From Eledone cirrhosa (lineage: Eukaryota), in NCBI GenBank assembly GCA_964016885.1, contig OZ024743.1, positions 120,094,001-120,158,000 on the forward strand: DNA of 64,000 nt. The letters run 5' to 3'. Below the pieces are notes generated by a model, which ran no database searches, was not told where the DNA came from, and saw only the letters and a program-made list of their open reading frames with translations. A program made the translations under genes and the position numbers. Position 1 is the first letter of the stretch, and each line of letters opens with the position of its first letter. Below, one piece after another: positions 59,410-64,000 of this stretch.

Positions 59410-59801
59410 AATTGGCAGTATCGGTAGAGGCTCGGACGCCATGCTTTGCAGCAAAGAGTTACGGCCCTTTATGGTCTGAGTTCAAATCCCGCTAAGGTTA
59501 ACTTTGCCTTTCATCCTTACGGGGTCGATAAAATAAAGTACCAGTAATGTACTGGGTAATTGCTGGCCTTGTGCCAAAAGTAGAAACAATTATCACAGAA
59601 ACAATGAACAATTTCTTAGAGTGTCGGAAACCATGCTTTGCGACATAGAGTTACAGCCCTTTGCGTTCTAAGTTCAAATCCCGCTGAGGTTAACTTTGCC
59701 TTTCATCATTACGGGGTCGATAAAATAAAGTACCAGTCGATTTAATCGACTTTCCCCTCTGCCCAGACTGCTGGCCTTGTGCCTATAGTAGAAATCATTA
59801 T
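59410..59801 (+). mobile_element. Two tRNA-SINE copies
   Basis: ~59410-59593 (short variant) and ~59620-59801 (long-type variant). Confidence 0.9.
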
Positions 59802-59879
59802 TTGCTTATTGTTGTGGTGGTTTGTTTTCTTCTTTTTAAAACTGTAACGGTTTCTTGCACCTTTCTTACATCAAACTCA

Positions 59880-61505
59880 CCTGACGCGTGTCGAAATCCC
59901 TGCACCTGTGGCACTTCCCGTGCTGCTTAAGCCCCCCGACACCACAGATAAACACTGAGGCACAGGATCGGGACAGAATGAGATCCTACCCACGTTCAGC
60001 CCGGATGATGTCTAGTAACGATCCCCTCCCACAACCAGTCACGCAGACTTATCATCAGGGTTTCCAGAGCTGCCCGTACATTCGTGGCCGAAGCGCTATC
60101 GTCGTCCATTGACCAGGCGCTCGATAGCAACAGCCCGTATGACTAGATCAAAATACTCGGTTTTGCGCCTTGCCATTCATTGTCTCAACTCCCCGGAGCC
60201 ACCGGCCAACATCAGACACTCCAAATCCTTGTCAGTGTTGCTGCTATGTCAGCGTCCGGTGAGCATGTAACAGCAGCCCTGAGGTACTTCCCAGGGAGTA
60301 ACAGTGGCGAAGTGGATGGCATCCGACCCGGCCACCTTAGAGGTCAAATCTCACACACTCTGCTGATGCGAGAGTACGGCTACTCCGATCCATTACTGCT
60401 TTCACGATCAGGCTTCTTCGTACCGCCCTCAGCCACCATGTCCGTGTCTTCTCTTCTCAACCAACTTGATGATTGAACCGACTAAGGCCCCTATATACCT
60501 ATGTCCAACGCAATTGGGACAACGTCAAATACAAGTTCAACATCAGGCGGATCGAGTCTTCTTTTGACCAACACCGTCTTGCCTGCCTCCTCTCCACCAC
60601 GTAATCAAACTGTGGCACTTGAATCAATTCGGTGCATTTGTCATCAACTGGCACCTTTCTTGATGATGAGTGCACCCGCACTTGAGTGTCACATATCCTC
60701 GACATCCGTGTGTGTGAGCAACACATGCCGTTGTAGAGCATTTTTTGATGAGTTCGGTCTGCACCCGTTATGTTGCCGCTTCAGTGCAGGCCGGCTCTCC
60801 CGCCACGCTGCTCGAAACGGCATCATCAGAAGGAGCTTCGATGCAACCAGTTTCCCGTCACAATTGGAACCGGCTGGCCCCGACAGTAGCGATGGCGAGG
60901 CGCCCTCACAATTTACCCTCTTCCCTTTCGAGGGAGACAAATCCTTAATTTGTGAGGCGACGTACTGCGACTCATTCTCCACAGCCACCCCAACCTTGTC
61001 GCTTCGACCTGGGCTCCGCTGCCCACAATGCAAAAGAGAGGAAGATAGTTAAATACTATCCTCTATGTATTGGCCTCCATCGAAACCTCTGGTGTCCTTA
61101 GTCCCCGCATTAGTGATTTCCTTCGTAAAATCGGGAAGACAGCAATCTGCTTGAAGAAGGAGCCCCGTGAGGTTCGGTGGTCGATGCAGCGGGAGTCACT
61201 GGCCATTCTTCGCGGTAAAGCCTTTGCCATTTTGTCGTTGAGGATGGGGGGGGGGGCTGAAATACTGCTCAGACAGAAATGTAGTGTCTGTCCCTCCCCC
61301 TCTCCCTCTCTTTCGCTGCTTGATTCCTTTTTTTTTCTTTTTCTTCTTTACATTTCCTTTTTTTTTTTGTTTCTTTAAGTGTGTGTTGTGTTTTTATATA
61401 AACAGCATAGTTACCATTGCAAATATAATTGAGAATGTTTCCGTTATGTCTTTCTTAAATTACTATATAATATTTTCACCTTTCTTTTAAATATTTCAAT
61501 AAAAA
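59880..61505 (+). mobile_element. CRE-clade LINE remnant (zinc finger + restriction-like endonuclease + 3'UTR)
   Basis: CRC...D..G.HPLCC...RH zinc finger; LEPAG; SIETSGVL...QRESLAILRGKAFAIL; AATAAA at ~61498. Confidence 0.75.
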
Positions 61506-61768
61506 ATTGTTGTCGCATTTTCGGTCACTTTTTCTTATTTATATATTACATGTGTGTGTATGTAATTATGAACGTGTGTATGTACGTTGTGTGTATGCGT
61601 ATGTATGACTGTTCGAGCCTATGTATACATACATATATTATGATATATGTGTATATATATGCATACATACATATGTGTGTGTAATTATTCTTTTTTTTTT
61701 TTTTTGTGTGTGATTGTTAAAGTTTCTGCCCCTATCTCTATCTATTTCTCACCTATTTTGCTCTTACG

Positions 61769-61858
<90 letters not shown>

Positions 61859-61996
61859 TTTGATTTATTCATTGAACCTTGTTTAACCTTTAAATATATA
61901 TATGTATGTATATATATGTATATATATACATATACACACACATATATATATATGTGTGTATATGTATATATACATATATGTGTGTGTGTGTCCGTG

Positions 61997-62037
<41 letters not shown>

Positions 62038-62373
62038 CCCTCTCTCTCTCTTTCTCTATCTACCTTTATGAAATGGTTGAAAGATGTATGTTTTTTTTTT
62101 CTCTCTGTTTACCTTTATGTAACGGGTGATCACGTGAGAGGAAGAGGTAGTCAAGGGTGAATAACTCGGCGACAAATGTCGACAAGTATCAACGGGCTTC
62201 CCCTCCTTCCTTATTGTCGTATCTTTGGGGGGGGGGGGGGGTTTGTTGTTGCTTTGTTTCTTTTTGCTTTTCCTTATTGATTTATTTTTAATTTGTTCTT
62301 GTATTGTGTTATATTTTTCTTTGTTCAGGTTTGCCATAACTAACCAAGCCAGAAGTGTGTATATGTGGTAATG

Positions 62374-62429
<56 letters not shown>

Positions 62430-62432
62430 GTA

Positions 62433-62635
62433 GGTCCCGGGTTGAGTCGGGGATAACCACAGTAAGTAAGGTACTCAATACATGGCAGAGTAAAATTTTT
62501 TTATTTTATAGAAGGAGCTTCTACAGGACTAGTACTGTTTCATTCAGACTAGTACTGTTTCATTCAGCTTCCTGAAGATTTCATCTGAATGAAACAGTAC
62601 TAGTCATGTAGAAGCTCCTTCTATAAAATAAAATA

Positions 62636-62640
<5 letters not shown>
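62433..62640. mobile_element. Short foldback element of HHR family D inserted in (TA)n
   Basis: Arms ~62498-62547 and ~62586-62635 are inverted; 20-bp internal duplication; flanked by (TA)n on both sides. Confidence 0.65.
62566..62616 (+). ncRNA. Type I hammerhead (family D)
   Basis: AGCTTC-CTGAAGA-TTTCATCTGAAT-GAAACA gtactagtca TGTA-GAAGCT; 6-bp stem I, GUA cleavage site at 62608-62610. Confidence 0.7.
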
Positions 62641-62669
<29 letters not shown>

Positions 62670-62704
62670 ATGTGTATGTATGTGTGGAATGTATCTCTAT
62701 ATGT

Positions 62705-64000
62705 TTGTGTATATGTAATAATAATAATATGTGGATGTGTGATGTGTGTATGTGTGTATATGTAATAATGATATTGTGTGGCTGTGTGGCTGTGTGACGT
62801 GTATGTGTGTATATGTAATAATGATATTGTGTGGCTGTGTGACGTGTGTGTGTGTATATGTAATAATGATATTGTGTGGCTGTGTGACGTGTGTGTGTGT
62901 GTATGTAATAATGATATTGTGTGGCTGTGTGACGTGTGTGTGTGTATATGTAATAATGATATTGTGTGGCTGTGTGACGTGTGTGTGTATATGTAATAAT
63001 GATATTGTGTGGCTGTGTGACGTGTGTGTGTATATGTAATAATAATATGTGGCTGTGTGACGTGTGTGTGTGTATATGTAATAATGATATTGTGTGGCTG
63101 TGTGACGTCTGTGTGTGTATGTAATAATGATATTGTGTGACTGTGTGACGTGTGTGTGTATATGTAATAATAATATTATGTGGCTGTGTGACGTGTGTGT
63201 GTATATGTAATAATGATATTGTGTGGCTGTGTGGCTGTGTGACGTGTGTGTGTGTATATGTAATAATAATATTGTGTGGCTGTGTGACGTGTGTGTGTGT
63301 ATATGTAATAATGATATTGTGTGACTGTGTGACGTGTGTGTGTGTATGTAATAATGATATTATGTGACTGCGTGACGTGTGTGTGTGTATATGTAATAAT
63401 GATATTATGTGGCTGTGTGACGTGTGTGTGTATGTAATAATAATATTGTGTGGCTGTGTGACGTGTATGTGTGTATGTAATAATAATATTATGTGGCTGT
63501 GTGACGTGTGTGTGTGTATATGTAATAATAATATTGTGTGGCTGTGTGACGTGTGTGTGTGTGTATGTAATAATGATATTGTGTGGCTGTGTGACGTGTG
63601 TGTGTATATGTAATAATGATATTGTGTGGCTGTGTGACGTGTGTGTGTATATGTAATAATGATATTGTGTGGCTGTGTGACGTGTGTGTGTGTGTATGTA
63701 ATAATGATATTGTGTGGCTGTGACGTGTGTGTGTATATGTAATAATGATATTGTGTGGCTGTGTGACGTGTGTGTGTATATGTAATAATGATATTGTGTG
63801 GCTGTGTGACGTGTGTGTGTATATGTAATAATAATATTGTGTGGCTGTGTGACGTGTGTGTGTGTGTATGTAATAATGATATTGTGTGACTGTGTGACGT
63901 GTGTGTGTGTGTGTATGTAATAATGATATTATGTGACTGCGTGACGTGTGTGTGTGTATATGTAATAATGATATTATGTGGCTGTGTGACGTGTGTGTGT
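62705..64000. repeat. ~40-46 bp minisatellite (GTATATGTAATAATGATATTGTGTGGCTGTGTGAC(GT)n), continuing beyond the window
   Basis: About 30 tandem units that differ mainly in (GT)n length. Confidence 0.95.

Noticed and set aside
62705-64000. CRISPR-like repeat array
   Set aside because: No unique spacers, eukaryotic context and no cas genes.

Overview
Repeat-saturated, AT-rich eukaryotic DNA. The microsatellite load and SINE/RTE repertoire suggest a cephalopod such as Octopus (inference only). I found no host gene I can support; most ORF-track entries are translated microsatellites or decayed transposons. The largest structure is a ~17 kb partially tandem array of about five Penelope-like elements (PLEs; 25914-42855, minus strand) with an inverted terminal pseudo-LTR. 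The window also holds another PLE and PLE fragments, RTE, L1/Tx1-like and CRE LINE remnants, a pogo/Tigger transposon, mariner ends, head-to-tail non-autonomous Helitrons and many tRNA-SINE copies. The main hidden signal is at the RNA level: by manual folding there are about 14 type I hammerhead ribozyme (HHR) motifs from five families. One sits in every pseudo-LTR of the array. Three sit in a non-coding retrozyme-like locus (44764-45570) with exactly 317 nt between two predicted cleavage sites and a 146-bp-arm perfect palindrome. All calls are by eye; no searches were run.
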